Assembly: GCF_009914755.1 (NCBI RefSeq)
Contig: NC_060940.1
DNA: 64,000 nucleotides
Reading direction: 5' to 3' (one strand)
Origin: the human T2T-CHM13v2.0 reference genome, Homo sapiens
This document shows, piece after piece, positions 12,846 to 29,136 of the stretch. The translations under genes were made by a program, and so were the position numbers. The first letter of the stretch is position 1. Each line of letters starts with the position of its first letter. The notes beneath the pieces were generated by a model. It worked only from the letters and a program-made list of their open reading frames with translations, was not told the DNA's origin and did not search any database.

Positions 12846-13716
12846 CCAAGTGCTTTTCCTGCAGTTTCTGTCTCTCCCACTGTGCCCCATGAAGTGGGTG
12901 CTATCATTGGCTTAATTGTACAGATGGTGAAACCGAGGGTCAGAGAGAGAAAGCAAACTGCCCGAGATCCCAGAGATGCTTAGGACTCAGTCCCCCTGAC
13001 CTCAGAGCTCAGGCTCTCAATCGCTGACCCTCCATCCTCACTGCCAAAACCTGGATGCCTGCACAGCCTGGGCATACAGAGGAGCTCCACGACAGGGTCC
13101 CCTGTGGGCTTAGGGAGTGCTGAGGCCAGGCATGGAGCCCTTTGTCTGGCCGGGGGACAGACTGTGACGAGCAGGACCCTGCCCACTTCTGTGAAGGGAA
13201 CCTCTAGGGAGCTTATTCCTAGAAGGAAGGGCCACACCCAGTATTGACTTGCCATTCACAGGTGCCAGTGACCGGGTGTGTCTCACCACGTGTCTGCTTC
13301 TGGGGAAGGGAGGGAGTGGTTAGGCAGACTCAGGCAGTGGCTCCTGTGTGTCCCAACCCCCTCGGCTACAGCAGACAGCTTGGGGACTGGCACCCAGGGG
13401 GATGGACTGAGCAGGAGGCCTGGATTCTGAGTCTCCTTTCCCCCCGCGCCACCCTGCATCAGACAGGGCTCCTCTGCCCCTCCTCGACATCACCACCTTC
13501 TCCATGCCTCAGTTTCCTCATCCACACCTCGGACACAGTAATGCTTCCTTCCTGGCATTAAGCAAGTGAAATGATGAAGTCATGTGTGGGGCCTCTAGGG
13601 CTCCAAGGAGCCAGGTTTTGATCCTGAGGGCAGTGGGAAGCCATGGTGAGGTTTCCAGGGAGCTAGTTAATACAGGATCAATGAAACTGATTTTAAAATA
13701 TCTATTGATAAGCCCC

Positions 13717-14019
<303 letters not shown>

Positions 14020-14024
14020 TTGCA

Positions 14025-14323
14025 ATTTATTTATTTATTTATTTATTTTATTTTATTTTATTTTTGAGATGGAGTCTCACTTTGTCACCAATCTTGCTTC
14101 ACCACAATCTCCGCCTCCCAGGTTTAAGCATTTCTCTGCCTGAGCCTCCCGAGTAGCTGGGATTACAGGTACGTGCCACCACACCCGGCAAATGTGTGTA
14201 TTTTTAATAGAGACAGGGTTTCACCATCTTGGCCAGGCTGGTCTTGAACTCCTGACCTCATGATCCACCTGCCTTGGCCTCCCAAAGTGCCGGGATTACA
14301 GGCGTGAGCCACCACTCCCGGCC
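14025..14323 (-). mobile_element. Alu (S-type)
   Basis: Antisense Alu, (TTTA)n tail, small internal deletion. Confidence 0.93.
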
Positions 14324-14350
14324 ACAAATGTTTTTAAAAAGCTCAAAAGA

Positions 14351-14660
14351 GACCAGGCACAGTGGCTCACGCCTGTAATCCCGGCACTTTGGGAGGCTGA
14401 GGCAGGCGGATCACCTGAGGTCAGGAGTTCAAAACCAGCCTGGCCATCATGGCAAAACCCCATCTCTACTAAAAATACAAAAAATTAGCCAGGCACAGTG
14501 GTGCACATCTGTAATCCCAGCTACTCGAGAGGCTGAAGTACAAGAATCCCTTTGAGCCTAGGAGGCGGAGATTGCAGTGAGCCGAGATCACGCCACTGCA
14601 CTCCAACCTGGGTGACAGAGCGAGACTCTGTCTCAAAAATAAAAAAAGTGAAAAATAAAA
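14351..14660 (+). mobile_element. Alu (S-type)
   Basis: TSD aaaaagctcaaa. Confidence 0.95.
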
Positions 14661-16019
14661 AGCTCAAAGAAAAGCAAATTCAGGGGTCACTAATAAAAAT
14701 GGAACTCAAGGTGGAAGGGTGGGGTGGGGAAGGGGAAAGGGACTCAGACTGGCCTTGATCCCTGGTCATGACTTTCGTGGGAGCAGGAACAGAAACCCCA
14801 GTATGAAGGCAGGACCCTGAAGGGCTTCCCCCATCCCATGGGAAGGTACATCACCCTCTGCCCAGCCTAGGAACAGCCCGAGATTGGATAGCGGGAAGTC
14901 TAAGAAATTGAAAGTCTGAGCCTGGGAGTGTGGGGGTGGGGCAGGGCAGGGGAGACTGAGGTCTGGGTTGATTCTACTCTGGGTTGCTGGAATCTCATGC
15001 CGGGAATTCAGTGTGAATGCAGGTCCCCAGCTGGTGAAATCCCTGGAGTATTACTCAAACTCAACGCATCCCTTTTGGGAAACGTCTCGTCCTGAGGGGT
15101 GTGGGAGCCCAAACGTGCACAGGCACACGCAGCAAATCTCCCCGCTGAAGATGAGCTCACAATAAAGCTTAGAAACCACCAGAAAAATCCACCACACGGG
15201 AGAATCCACAGACAGAGCATCAGGCACAGCAGGTCCATCTGGGTGGTCTGTGCTGGAGTGGCTTATAGATCTGATGTCAATATGAAATCGCAGCTCTGTG
15301 GCTGCAAAACCCCCTTCCCGTTTACACCCCCAAATCCTCAGTCACCACCGCTTCTCACAAATGCCTCATGGGAGCATGAGTTTTGTTTTGAGGGATACAG
15401 GGAAGAACTGACATTTCTGCTGGGGTCCACGGGATTGAGGAGCAGAGGGAGCCCATGTGCAGAGGTGGGACTATAGGAAATCCGGTCCAGTTCCGTACAT
15501 TTGGGAGACTGGGGCTGGAGAGGCTGTGAGGATGTGAGTCCTTGGAAATTAGAGATCTGCAGGGGAAGGCTTGGCTTTCCACAGGGGATGGAACTCAGGT
15601 TTGGGGGCTCTTACTTAGCCTAAAGAGACACTCGACTCTCCCAGGGTCAAGGGGAGGAAGCCTGTGCTGGACCCAGGTGGTGAGCTGAGGTCCCTGCTCT
15701 CGTGGGGTGAGGCTGGCCTGGGTAACTTTTACCTGGCCACGTGGCTACAGGAACACAGAAGGGGAGGCACAGCTTTGGGGGACGGTGACTTTTTTTTCTA
15801 GAGACAGCAGCAGGTCTGGATTTGAATCCGGACTCCACAGGGCGTTACTGAGTTTTCCCATGCCTCAGTTTTCCTCTCCATGTAATGGGGGTAATAATAG
15901 CTCTTCCTCCAGGGCACTGAGAGGACTGAATGAGAAAACCCACTTGACAAGGCAGCTGGCCCAGAGGACAGGCTGGGCGAATGGTCATGGAGTTTATTAC
16001 TAATGAATGAAGGGCCGGA

Positions 16020-16460
16020 CCCACAGATGAGTCACACAAGTGAGCCACTGATCGATCTGATAACAATGAATGGACAAATGAAAGAAATGAATCAATGAAT
16101 GAAATGCTCAGGGCCTGCCTCCCAGCACCACAGAGAGGGGACCTGGCCCTGGGGAGGGGAAGGAGGGCAGGAGAGGCCCACCCCCTGAGTCAGCTTCCAG
16201 CAGCTCCAGCTCAGAAAAAGTTCAGCGGCCAGGTGACGGACACATGGCGCACACCTGTGACGCCCCCCTTAATCACTCCCCCACATCGTGCCAAGGGGAT
16301 CGAAGGATTCCCCTGAGTCATCTTCCTGCAGGCCAGCCTGCAGCTCCTGCAGCTCCCAGTTCCTCCCCCTGGCCCGGCAGAGGGTGATTAAGGGCTTTTT
16401 GGGGGAAATGACAGTTAAAAGACTCAGCAAGGAGTGTCCAGCCTGGCGAGTCAGGGGCTG
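16020..16460. promoter_or_regulatory. Candidate AP-1 enhancer
   Basis: TGAGTCA at 16028, 16186 and 16314 in repeat-poor sequence; motif evidence only. Confidence 0.35.
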
Positions 16461-16684
16461 TGGGCAGGACTCAGGAAGGGCCCCCTGGCCCCTTCCTGGC
16501 CTCAGAGGGAGCCTCGTCCGAGTGGCAGGGCTTGCTGATCCTTGAAGTGGGAGAGGGATAGCCCCATCCACCACAATAAGTAATAGGAATGACAATGAAA
16601 AGTTTGTTGGGCCAAATTCTGTGCCCAGGGCTGCTCGTTTGTTTCTTCATTTAGTCCTCAGCTCCCTACCGAAGGCAGCCGTCT

Positions 16685-16766
16685 GCTGAAACCATAAGAA
16701 ATTGCTGATTGCCTGTCTGATCTTGACCCACAAAAATGGCAATCTCATGTGTCATTCGATCTAATA
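16685..16766. mobile_element. MADE2-like mariner MITE inside a MIR
   Basis: aaccataagaaattgc..ttgacccacaaaaatggcaatctcat..ctaata. Confidence 0.6.
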
Positions 16767-17796
16767 GTCCCATTATTCCTATTTTGCAGAAAATCACGGC
16801 TCAGAGAGGCTGAGCAGCCTGCAAAGGAGAGCCAGGGATGCTGCCACCCAAGCCTGGGAGAGCCTTGGGGTGCCCAGGCTTGGGGCTGAGGGAGGCTCCT
16901 GGTCTGGGAACAGAAGTGCCCAGGGGACACTAGAGCAGAGCTAGGCTGCACCTGCCCCCTGGGGGAAGGGAGGTGGGGCCAACACTGGGGACGCAGGGCT
17001 CCCTCCTGGCGATCCCCAGGCTGGGGGAATTTGGTGCTGGGGATTTTGAGCAGTTAGAGGCTGGGTAGGGGCTTTCTTGCCTTCTGGCTGGGGCCCCGTG
17101 GGAGTGGGGGAGTTGGGGCTGCATCCATCTGTCCATCCATCCAGGGAGTCTCTCCAGTGGTGGCCGTCACTGGGGCCGTCTGCAGAGCCTCTCTGGGGCA
17201 TTAATTTAACATGCAAAGGGGAACCCAGGGAGAGGGCAGTGCTGAACCCAGAGGGAGGGGGTGGGTGATGGTGGCATTTTGGGCAGACTTCAGTATGGTT
17301 TTCTCCCCAGAGAGTGTCTTTCTAGAACGTCTTTCTAGACTCCTGGGACACTGGTGTAATTGGCCTGTGAGGCCAACCAGCCCCAGATGTTTCTGGGAAT
17401 TTGGAGACCTGTCCCCTGCAAGGGACTCAGATGCTTTCCGTGGAAGGGGCCAGGGAGGGGAAGAGGCACCAAGGTCTCACTGAACCGTCGTGGTCACTCT
17501 GAACATTCATGCCACTTGGCATGAGCCCTTCACTCTCCAGACTGTAAAATCAATACCTGGCCCAAATAGCAACAACAAAGAGCAACAATACCCCTTACCC
17601 CATCCACGTGGCACCTCCTGTCTGTCTCCAGGGCGCTGCGCTTCATTAAGCACCACACACCCAAGAGCTCAAGGGAGTCTCATGACTAGGCATCTGCAGG
17701 GGCTCCTCTGTTTCTCATCTTTCAGGAAACCAAGGAAAAACAGAGAGGTTGAGTAACTTGTCCAGAGTCACACAGCTCTAAGAAGTAGAGTCACCT

Positions 17797-17892
17797 ACTC
17801 CAGAGGCCAAGGCAGGAGGATCAGTTGAGCCCAGGAGTTCGAGGTCAGCCTGGGCAACATAGTGAGACCCCCATCTCTTTAAACACAAAAAA
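17797..17892 (+). mobile_element. 5'-truncated Alu monomer (FLAM-like) inside a MIR
   Basis: TSD aagtagagtca/aagtggagtca. Confidence 0.8.
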
Positions 17893-18046
17893 GTGGAGTC
17901 AGAAACCAAACCGAAGGACTCTGGACCCTTGTACTCTTGGCTGCACACATCTTACCCTCCTGAAGAAATGTTTGCTGAGATTACAGACTTGGTTAAATTC
18001 ATGACAGTCCATCTATGCCATGGGGCCATTAAAATAGTGATTTGGA

Positions 18047-18645
<599 letters not shown>

Positions 18646-19439
18646 TGGTGATTTGGAGTATTGCTTCCCTGGGAAAATGCTCATGGTATGTGTATCCTTA
18701 GAGGAAAAAGCAAGTTGTAAGAGTTTGGAAACCATAACCCCATTTTGTTCATTCAAAAATTATTTGCATAGAAAAATGACCAGAAAACAGTTACAAATTA
18801 CAATGTTGGCAACGATGATGCTGAGGAGGAAGAGCAGGGGCCCATGGAGAAGGACAGGGTCCATACCACCAGGTATGTGCCACCACTTTTTCCTGTGATG
18901 CCAGGAAAGGGGGCATCCCCATTGCTAGGGGTCTGAAGACCTGGAGTGAGAGAGAGAATGGCTGTGCCCATGACTGGAGGCTCAGGGCTCTGAGAGGTGG
19001 AGTCAGGGGTCTGTGGGGGAGGCAGTGGGTGATCCCTCAACCACGTGGCTTGTCCTTCCCACGCCTGCAGAGAAACATTGGTCACCCTGCCTTTGCCCCA
19101 GCTGGCTGCTTTCCTGGGATGTGACCTTTCACGTTGGTGGCCAAACCTGTCCATCCTTGACACTAGCTCAGACATCCCCTCCTCCAGGAAGCCTCCTCAG
19201 ATGTCACTGGCCAGGCATTTGCCTTCCTTAGTCTTCTGGATCCCTAGTCTAGGACTGAGTGCTTCCTGCGTCCTCACTGCCTCTGACTTCTCTGGGGGGT
19301 TGATTTAACACGGCCACGGGGGCTTATTTCCATAACCCCAGCCTCTGCCACAGGAGCCGCTATAGGGTTGAGCTTTACATCCTCTCAGTGGGCTCGTGAC
19401 CCCGTCATCCACACCTTCCCTTTTATCGGGTCCCTTTCA

Positions 19440-19610
19440 TGTGGTGTCTCATCGACTCCTCACCATAGCCCTAACGGATGGACATCGCTATTCATTCCCA
19501 TTCTACAGATGCAGAAACTGAGCTTCAGGGAAGCTGAGGAGCTCACCCTGGGTCATACGGCCAGCAAGTGGCACAGTCAAGATCCGAACCCAGGTCAGGC
19601 TGTGTCCACA
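19440..19610 (-). mobile_element. MIR
   Basis: cccattctacagatgcagaaactgag. Confidence 0.7.
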
Positions 19611-21116
19611 GGGTATCTTGGACAGGGCTAAACTTCCACCACATTGTCTCTTCATATAATGTTGAAATCTGGCTTCTCTTTCAATAGCTGCCCCAACGCG
19701 GCCGGAGCACTGGGACTAAGGCAGACGTGAGCGCTAGTATCGCAGTCACCAGCACTGCTACAGCGCCTTCCCTTTTAGTGCCTCCTGTCAACGCTGAGAG
19801 GTAGTCACAAGTATCCCCATGGCAGATGTGGGAGGACTGAGGCCCATGAGGTCCAGGGCTCCAGGGGCACCTGGCTCTGATGAGGCTAAACTCAAGCTTG
19901 CCCCTTCTCTGCACCCCAAACTCCTGGTTTCTGGACCCAGCTCAGCACGTGGAGCCTTGGGTCACACCCAGCACCCAGTGAACGGCATCCGAGAAACACT
20001 CTTCCTGCTGAAAGCCTGGCTTTCTGGAAGGGAGCTGGGGGAAACTGGGAGAGGATGGAGGGGGGCCAGGTAGCAGATAGCCACACTCCTTGCGGCAGGA
20101 AGTTCTACACATCATTTCTGGGAACCAGGATAGCTTGGCAGTAACTCGGCGCACTTTGACCCCAATAGAGCACCCAGCTGTCACTGTTGACAGCCCCCCT
20201 TCCTTCCCAGGGGATGCTGCTGAGCTGCTTGGAGCCTTCATGTCGGACATCCAGGTGGGCCTGGGGACAGCCTTGGAGCTCCCGAGCCACCTGTCTGGCC
20301 ACCACCGGATGGAGTGCCCAGATGGGGCTTCTGCCAGCTGTCCAGGAGGCAGCCCAGGCTGGGACATCCAAGCTGAGCCCTGAGCTGGCCTGGCCTGGCC
20401 CAGCCCGCACTGATGAGGCAATGTGAGTCCTGTTTCCTGTTACTGTGGCTATGCAAATGGGGGGAAATCAGGGCCTCTCCTGGGGTAGGCTTCCCGGAAT
20501 GATGGCATTGATTGTCCCAAGAAACCTGGCCCCAGTGGGGCTGCTATGGGAGGGCAGTTGTCAACGGCTAAGATCCCTTTCCTGGTGCATCTCTCCTGCA
20601 TGCTGGGCTACATACTGCTGGGAAAAGCTTCTTCAGCCCAGACCTAGGTCATCACTGCATGTCCACTCCCGGACCCACTGCCCATGAGAGCTGGGCTGTG
20701 GCTTCCACTTCTTGTCACTGCATCCCCAGCTCCTGGTACATCGTGGGAGTGGGGCGGACAGGACCAGGAAGTGGGTGGCCTCAATGGCTCTCAGCCCCTG
20801 GCCTGGAGATCACCACACCCTTCTCTTTACACATAAGGAAACTGAGGACACCAGACTGGGCCAGGGACTTGCCCACGTCTCTCTGCCTCGCCCAGACATG
20901 CCGCAGCAGCAGTGGCAAACTTCTGCTTGCCCCCAGAAGCCAGCTGAGTCTTCCAGGTCAAGTCCCTCTCCTGCTCCCCACAGTCCTGTCACACCCCTGG
21001 CTGCTCCCCAGGTCAGCCTCTCCTAGGGGTCGTTCTCAGCTCACATCTGACCATGCCACTCCCCTGCCCTGGCACCTAGCCCTCACTCAAAGCCAGGCCT
21101 CATAAGCCAGCAGTGA

Positions 21117-21575
<459 letters not shown>

Positions 21576-21874
21576 TAACACCTTTGTTTCTATAATTCCT
21601 ATTTTTTCTCCAACACTCAGCAGTGTCACCTCCAGGAAGCCTTCCCAGATGCCCGCAGCTGGACCAGGTGCCTCCTCTAGGCTCCCTGCATGTCCCCATC
21701 ACAGCATGTATCACACTGGGCTGTCCTCATGATTTTAGTGCCTGTCTCCTCCACTGCATGGGAGACTCATCACGGAAGCTTGCACAGAGAAGGAGGCAGA
21801 GATGTGGAAATGCCCATGGGTGCAAGACACACGCAGGAAGTCGAACCTGTGGACTTGGGGTGCAGCAGAGGGCT

Positions 21875-22410
21875 GTGTCAAGGACTGAGTGACCAGATAT
21901 TCGACTGTGCCTCTCCTGAGATGGGGAATGCTGAGGTTTGGGGAGGCACAGAGCCTTAGTCTATGAGCCCTAACTCTCTGAACTCCCACCCCAGAGTTAG
22001 GAAACTCCTCCCACATAGGACAATGGGCAAGTAGAGCCCGCCTTCCATGGGAGGAGCCCAAATAGTCCACACCCACTTTCCCTGCCTCCCTTGCAGCTAG
22101 GGCATGGCATGTGACTGGACTCTGCCAATCAGAGGCACCTGCTCTGGAGTTTGAATTGGAGGCTTGTCCTGTCCAGGACTCTTTCTGGGGGGAGCCTGGG
22201 CCACATGGAGTTCCTGGCAGCTGTGAAGAAGGAGGACTTCACCAGGCTGGCTCTGTGGTAGGAATAGGGGTGACGTCTTGCCTCCCCTTTTCCATGGGAT
22301 CCTCCTGCCTTCCTGGGAGTTTTGCATACCCCAATATCTGTTTAATACCTTTTCTTCTGCTTGAATGAGCCACATTTGGATTCTGTCACTTGTCACTAAG
22401 AATCCTGGAG
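21875..22410 (+). mobile_element. LTR33-like (ERVL) LTR
   Basis: ttccctgcctcccttgcagctagggcatggcatgtgac..gccaatcagaggcacc; 3' end ggattctgtcacttgtcactaagaatcctg. Confidence 0.6.
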
Positions 22411-22938
22411 GCCCCTCTTGGGGGCAACCACTCGGACCAACCTTGAAGGAGGAGCCCATGTTGATGGGAAGGACAGCAAGTGCATTCGGGGTGTGGGAAA
22501 CAGCTGACCAGGGTCAAGGTCAGGCTTCCGGGACACGACAGGGAGTGTTGGGGATGATGGCTCATCTGGGTCAGATTGTGGGGTTCGGTGGGGACCTGTT
22601 GGCAGGGGGTAGATCCAAGGCAGCTGATCCTGAATGCCAGGGCGAGAGCAAGCTTGGATGCCAGCCTGCGGGCAGTGGGACCCAGTGACATACTGTAAGT
22701 GGAGGTGGGACGTGGTCAGATTTGGGTTCCAGAAAGCTCAGTCTGCTGCTAGGAGGAAAAGCTAGACCAGATGGGGCAAGACTGGGAGAGTAGGGGACCA
22801 GGCAAAAGACTACGGCAATGGTCCCAGCAGACAGTCCTGGAGGCCAGAAAGAAGATCAAGGCAGTGGCAATGAGCAAGGGCAGACCTGGGATTCAGTGTG
22901 ACTGGCCCTGGGGAGCCATTGAAGGCTTGGGTGACCTA

Positions 22939-23267
<329 letters not shown>

Positions 23268-23432
23268 GAGGAAGTGAGGTTGGAATTTCATGACTGCCTG
23301 GACATGTCACTTGCCTCACACTTGGACAGCCCTGATTCGTTCTCAGGGTTTCCCCACCAGGGCCGACTTTGTGCCCTTGCCTCCCAGCTAAGCTGACCCA
23401 GACTTGCAGATGTGATTCAGAAATGGAAAACA

Positions 23433-23725
23433 GGGCTGGGCTGAGTGGCTCACGCCTGCAATCCCAACAATTTGGGAGGCCAAGGCAGGGAGATCTCCTG
23501 AGGTCAGGAGTTTGAGACCAGCCTGGCCAACATGGTGAAACCCCCATCTCTACTAAAAATACAATAATTAGCTTGGCATGGTGGCGGGTGCCTATAGTCC
23601 CAGCTACTCAGGCTGAGGCAAGAAGATTGCTTGAGCCCGGGAGGCATAGGTTGCAGTGAGCCAAGATCACTGCTGCATTCCAGCCTGGGCAACAGAGCAA
23701 GACTCATCTCAAAAAAAAAAAAAAA
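23433..23725 (+). mobile_element. Alu (S-type)
   Basis: Sense Alu, A tail. Confidence 0.95.
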
Positions 23726-24270
23726 GGAATAGAAAGCAGGTCTGTCAACTCCATACCACTGCCAAGCACGCCCCTCGGGCCATGGGTTCCAAAGGAGAGG
23801 CACAGCCAGGGCCACCTCTGTCTAGACAGAAAGAAGGACTCAGATGGGACAGCTGGGGTCTGGAGGAAAAGTCAACAGGACTGGGAAAATGGGGAAAGGA
23901 GACACAGGGCACCCGGCCACCTCCTGCCAGCCCGGGAGTTCCCTGGGCAAGGAGCTTGGCCACAGGAAGCAGTGGATGGATGCTGCTTCAGGGGCTCACC
24001 CCTGCACCCCAAACAGCACCAGCCTCATCCCCCAGAGTCCCCTGAACCTCATCCCTCGGGCGCAGAAGAATATCCTGAAACCGTCCTGTGGGGTCATTTT
24101 AGGGATGAAAACTTGGGACACAGAGTTGCACAAGGTACTTGATTTTCTTCTTCCTCCAAATCACACAATTTAAAAGCTGAGTGAGGGGCCCAGGGCTCCA
24201 GTGGGCTCTGTCTTTGTCTGCTTCCTCGCCTCACCGCGTTTCATTTCCTCCTCCGTAAATGGGGAACACA

Positions 24271-24771
<501 letters not shown>

Positions 24772-25104
24772 TCAGGCAAGTCACGACTGTGGCCAGGGCT
24801 TGCTGAACACAGGAGGGCAGGGGGCTGGTGGCGGGGGCAGGCGGCCTCTGCATGGCTTTAAGAGGAAGCAGAGATGGGGGCGTCATGGCTGTGCTGGGGA
24901 TGACACCCTCTCCCTCTAGCTGGGTGGCCTTGGGCAGGGCCTTTCCCTCTCCAAGCTTTTGAGTCCTCAGCCTGCAATGGTGGACTCCAGCCCCCCTCAC
25001 ACCACCTTGCAGGTGAGTGAGGAAACCCAGCACCAGCACCTGGGTGTGCAGCGTGGGAGATGTTTTAGGGATTCCACCCCTTCTTGGAGCTTTTCTATTT
25101 AAAA

Positions 25105-25244
25105 CAATTTTTTTTAACTTTTTGTAGAGATGGGGGTCTCACTGTGTTGCCCAGGCTGTTCTTGAACTCCTTGAAGTTCAAGTGATCCTCCCACCATAGC
25201 CTCTCAAAATGTTAGGATTACAGGCGGGAGCCACCGTGCCCAGC
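25105..25244 (-). mobile_element. FLAM / Alu left monomer
   Basis: Single antisense monomer. Confidence 0.85.
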
Positions 25245-26349
25245 CCCTTCTAGGATCATGTAGTGCTTCCTGGGTCCTTTTCCTCTTTATTCTCCCTCCC
25301 CCTGCACCCCAGAACTGATGTGGGGCTGATCTGACCTTACTGACAGGGTGGGAGCCCGGGTGCCCTTCCTACCCTCCCCAAGGGGCTCTACGACCCTCCA
25401 GGACAGTCTTTGCCCAGGTGCCCTGAGGGCTCCTGGAAGCAGCAGTGAGATGCACTCTGGAGTAGATGGCTCCCTCTCTCGGCCTCCAGCCTTCGAGTCC
25501 ACTGACATGCAGCCACAGCCATTCCCGGCTCCACACTTGGCCCTTCAGCAAGGCCTCCTCACCACATCCTGAGCCTGTTCATCCCCTCCTCCCTGAGGCC
25601 ACCGCCCGGGTCCACACCTCCTCATCTCCCACCTGGACCATCCATGGCAGAAACCTCCCATCTGGTCTCCTGGCCCCTCCTCGATGATCCCAACTCTGCC
25701 CACACCACAGGTGATCTCCTGATCTCCTCTGGCGTGAATCACACTGCTCTGCCCCCCAGCCCACCTGGCTTGCTGTCAGTGCAGGGTCTAGGCCCCTCAC
25801 CCCTCCTTTACCCCCATCTCCCAGCCCCTCCCCAGTGTTCCAGCCCCACTGGCCTTCCTTTGCATCTCCCATGGTTGTGCCCCGCTCCTGCCCCAGGACC
25901 TTCGCACATGCTGTCCCTCAGCCCTGCAAGAACCATCTGCTGGAGCCGAGCAGAGGCTGCCTCCTTTGAACGGGACCTGTACCCTCCACTCCCCTACCGC
26001 TGCACCACACCAATCCATCATCACACTTATGATGTCATCTTCTCAGAGGTGAGGTGCATTTCTCAACTGCTGTCTCCATCAAACAGGTATCTGGGGAGGG
26101 CTATGGGCTTGCAGTGGCCACCCTGGTTTCATTCATTCATGGCACCTCCCTGTGCCTGGGGGCGGCTGAGTCTGTGACCTCTAAGGGCTGGGGGAGCCCA
26201 CCGGAGGGCAGGCGGTTAGAGTGGCTAGATTGGCATTTAGAAAATCGGCTTGATCTAGAAAATTGGCTCAGATAGGCATTAGAAAGTCCCTCTGCTCCTG
26301 GGTAGGTAGTAGTTAATGGAGCTGCAGGGAGTTTAGTTGGGAAGCTCCT

Positions 26350-27600
26350 GGGTGTCCTGGTGGCAGATAAGGGCGGCTGTGGGAAGGGAGAGAAGCAAAT
26401 GTTTTCCAGAAATAGAGGTCAAATGGAGAGCATTCAGCTGCTGTCGCAGGCGCTGCCCAAACTCCTCCCAGATTCCTCCCCTAGCCCCCATCCCTTTACC
26501 CCTCCCCCCAGGGAACTTTCTCTGCCAGCAGCAGCTACCTACATTTTCTAGTCAGGCGCCATCTTTTGCTGCTGGAACCAGCTTTGCCTGCAACCCCTGG
26601 AGAGGCAGAAGCTCCCAGGAATTCACGCACTGCCCAGAGGGCAGAAGGGGGGGATCCCTTAACCAATCACATGCGGTGGGCATAAAATTCCAGCTCCCTT
26701 GCCCCTGATCAGGACTCCTACGGGGTGACCCAGCACCATGTCATGGTCACCAAACCCCTGTCTAGGGTCAGCTTCTAGGGAACACGCACTAAGGACGGTG
26801 ACTTCAGATTTGGGGGCTGAGAGAAGAAGAAGGAAAGGCGTTTGCACAAGGTTTTGACTTGTGCAAGGGTGGCCAGTCCCGAGACGGGACGCATCAGACA
26901 GGGATCCCTGACTCAGATCGAGGGATGGCTTCAGGGTGCAGTTTCCTTGAGGACAAGTGGTTATATCAGTTTCGTGTTGCCAAAAATCATCAGGGCAGCG
27001 ACCAAGCTGAGCACAGATGCAGTTCACTGTCCAGAAGAAAGGCCCCCAACATCTCAGCGCCGTCCCCCTCCCTGCCGTGGGGCGGAGCCGGCCAGCATTT
27101 TCCTGGCCTGGGCCAGGCGTAGCTAAGGCTGAGACATCTGCACAGGGCAGAAAGGGCCAGATCAGGCCCTTCCTGGCAAGCGCCTCCCAGGGGACAATGT
27201 CAGTCCCAGAAAGCGTGAGTCATGAGCAGGGGACCCCCACATCCCTGGCCAGGACAGGAGGTGCCTCCGCAGGGACTTGCCCCAAAGGGGCACCATCTCC
27301 AGTCATCCTCAGAGTCAGGCAGGCTTGCCAACCTGTCCTTTCATCTCTGTCTTGCTCCCAGGCAACCCGTAAACCCCTCGGGGCCCAGAGGCCACGCCTC
27401 ACTCGACAGCTCGGGAGAGCCGGGCACAGGGGCAGAAGCGACTTGCCGAGGTCATGCAGTGACATGGAGCCACAGCCTGGCTTCCTGACACCCCTTCTGC
27501 CTTACCAGGCTGATGCACAGGTTTGCCATGTGGGAATTCCCCAGGCCCACCCTGCTGCCATGCCCTGGTACCCTGTAATCTGGAGGCATGTGGGTGCCTG
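26350..27600. promoter_or_regulatory. Candidate enhancer or alternative promoter
   Basis: Repeat-poor; C/EBP x2, AP-1 x2, GC box, kB palindrome, YY1-like motif; motif evidence only. Confidence 0.4.
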
Positions 27601-28120
27601 TCACCCAAGCACCCTTTCTGGCACAGCAGGAGGAGAGAGCCAAGCACCCAGGGCAGCCCCCAACCTCAGGGATCCCCAGCTCCTCCTGTACCCCTTGACC
27701 CTCCCACTCCTCCAGGGGCTGCCTCATGGTTGGTGGGTCCCTGTCCTGCCCTGTCCTAGTGTGGGTCCTTCAGGGATGGCTGGAACGCAGGGCTGTGTGG
27801 CACCCAGCACACACCCGGGGCCCTGGGAGAGGGTGCGCCTCTTCCTTCTGGAGTGTGAGCTGCCTCCTGCTCTGCACTTGCCCATCAGGCCAGGTGGTGG
27901 GGGAAGGGGCGCAGGCGTGGATTTCCCTGCAGTCAGGGCTGCCCTCCCACCATACTGCATGGGGAGAGATGAGGGGTAGGGGTGCTGGGTGCACAGGTGG
28001 AGTCTCCCTTTCTCTCTTTGGTGCCTTCATAACCCCTTGCCCACCTTCTATCCTGGGAAGCTTTGTTCCCCGTGGGCCACCTACTCCAGCCCACCTCCTC
28101 GGGTGGCGACAGTGGGCTCA

Positions 28121-28473
<353 letters not shown>

Positions 28474-28809
28474 GTACAATAATAACAGTCAAATCTATTA
28501 AGTGTTTACCTCATGCCTGGCGTATAGCTGAACACGTGGCCCTTATGACTTTATCCATGATCCCTGTTTTTCAGGTAGGAAATGGAAGCTCAGAGAGGTT
28601 AAGTGGCCCACCCCTAGCGCACAGCTAGTATATGATGGGGCTTCTACGTACCTCTCAGCCCTGGGCCTACCTTATTCTTCATAAACCCATGGAGGTTGCA
28701 GGTCTAGCCAACATATACACACAGGAAGCTTCTGGCAGCTTGAGAACTACTTGTGACATGAATAATCACAGCTGCTACTTAGTAGGGGCTGCCTGAAAAC
28801 AGCACTTTG

Positions 28810-29136
<327 letters not shown>

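Noticed and set aside
27017-27979. 320-aa ORF
   Set aside because: Pro/Ala/Gly/Arg-rich GC-driven composition, no recognisable domain, long ORFs in overlapping frames
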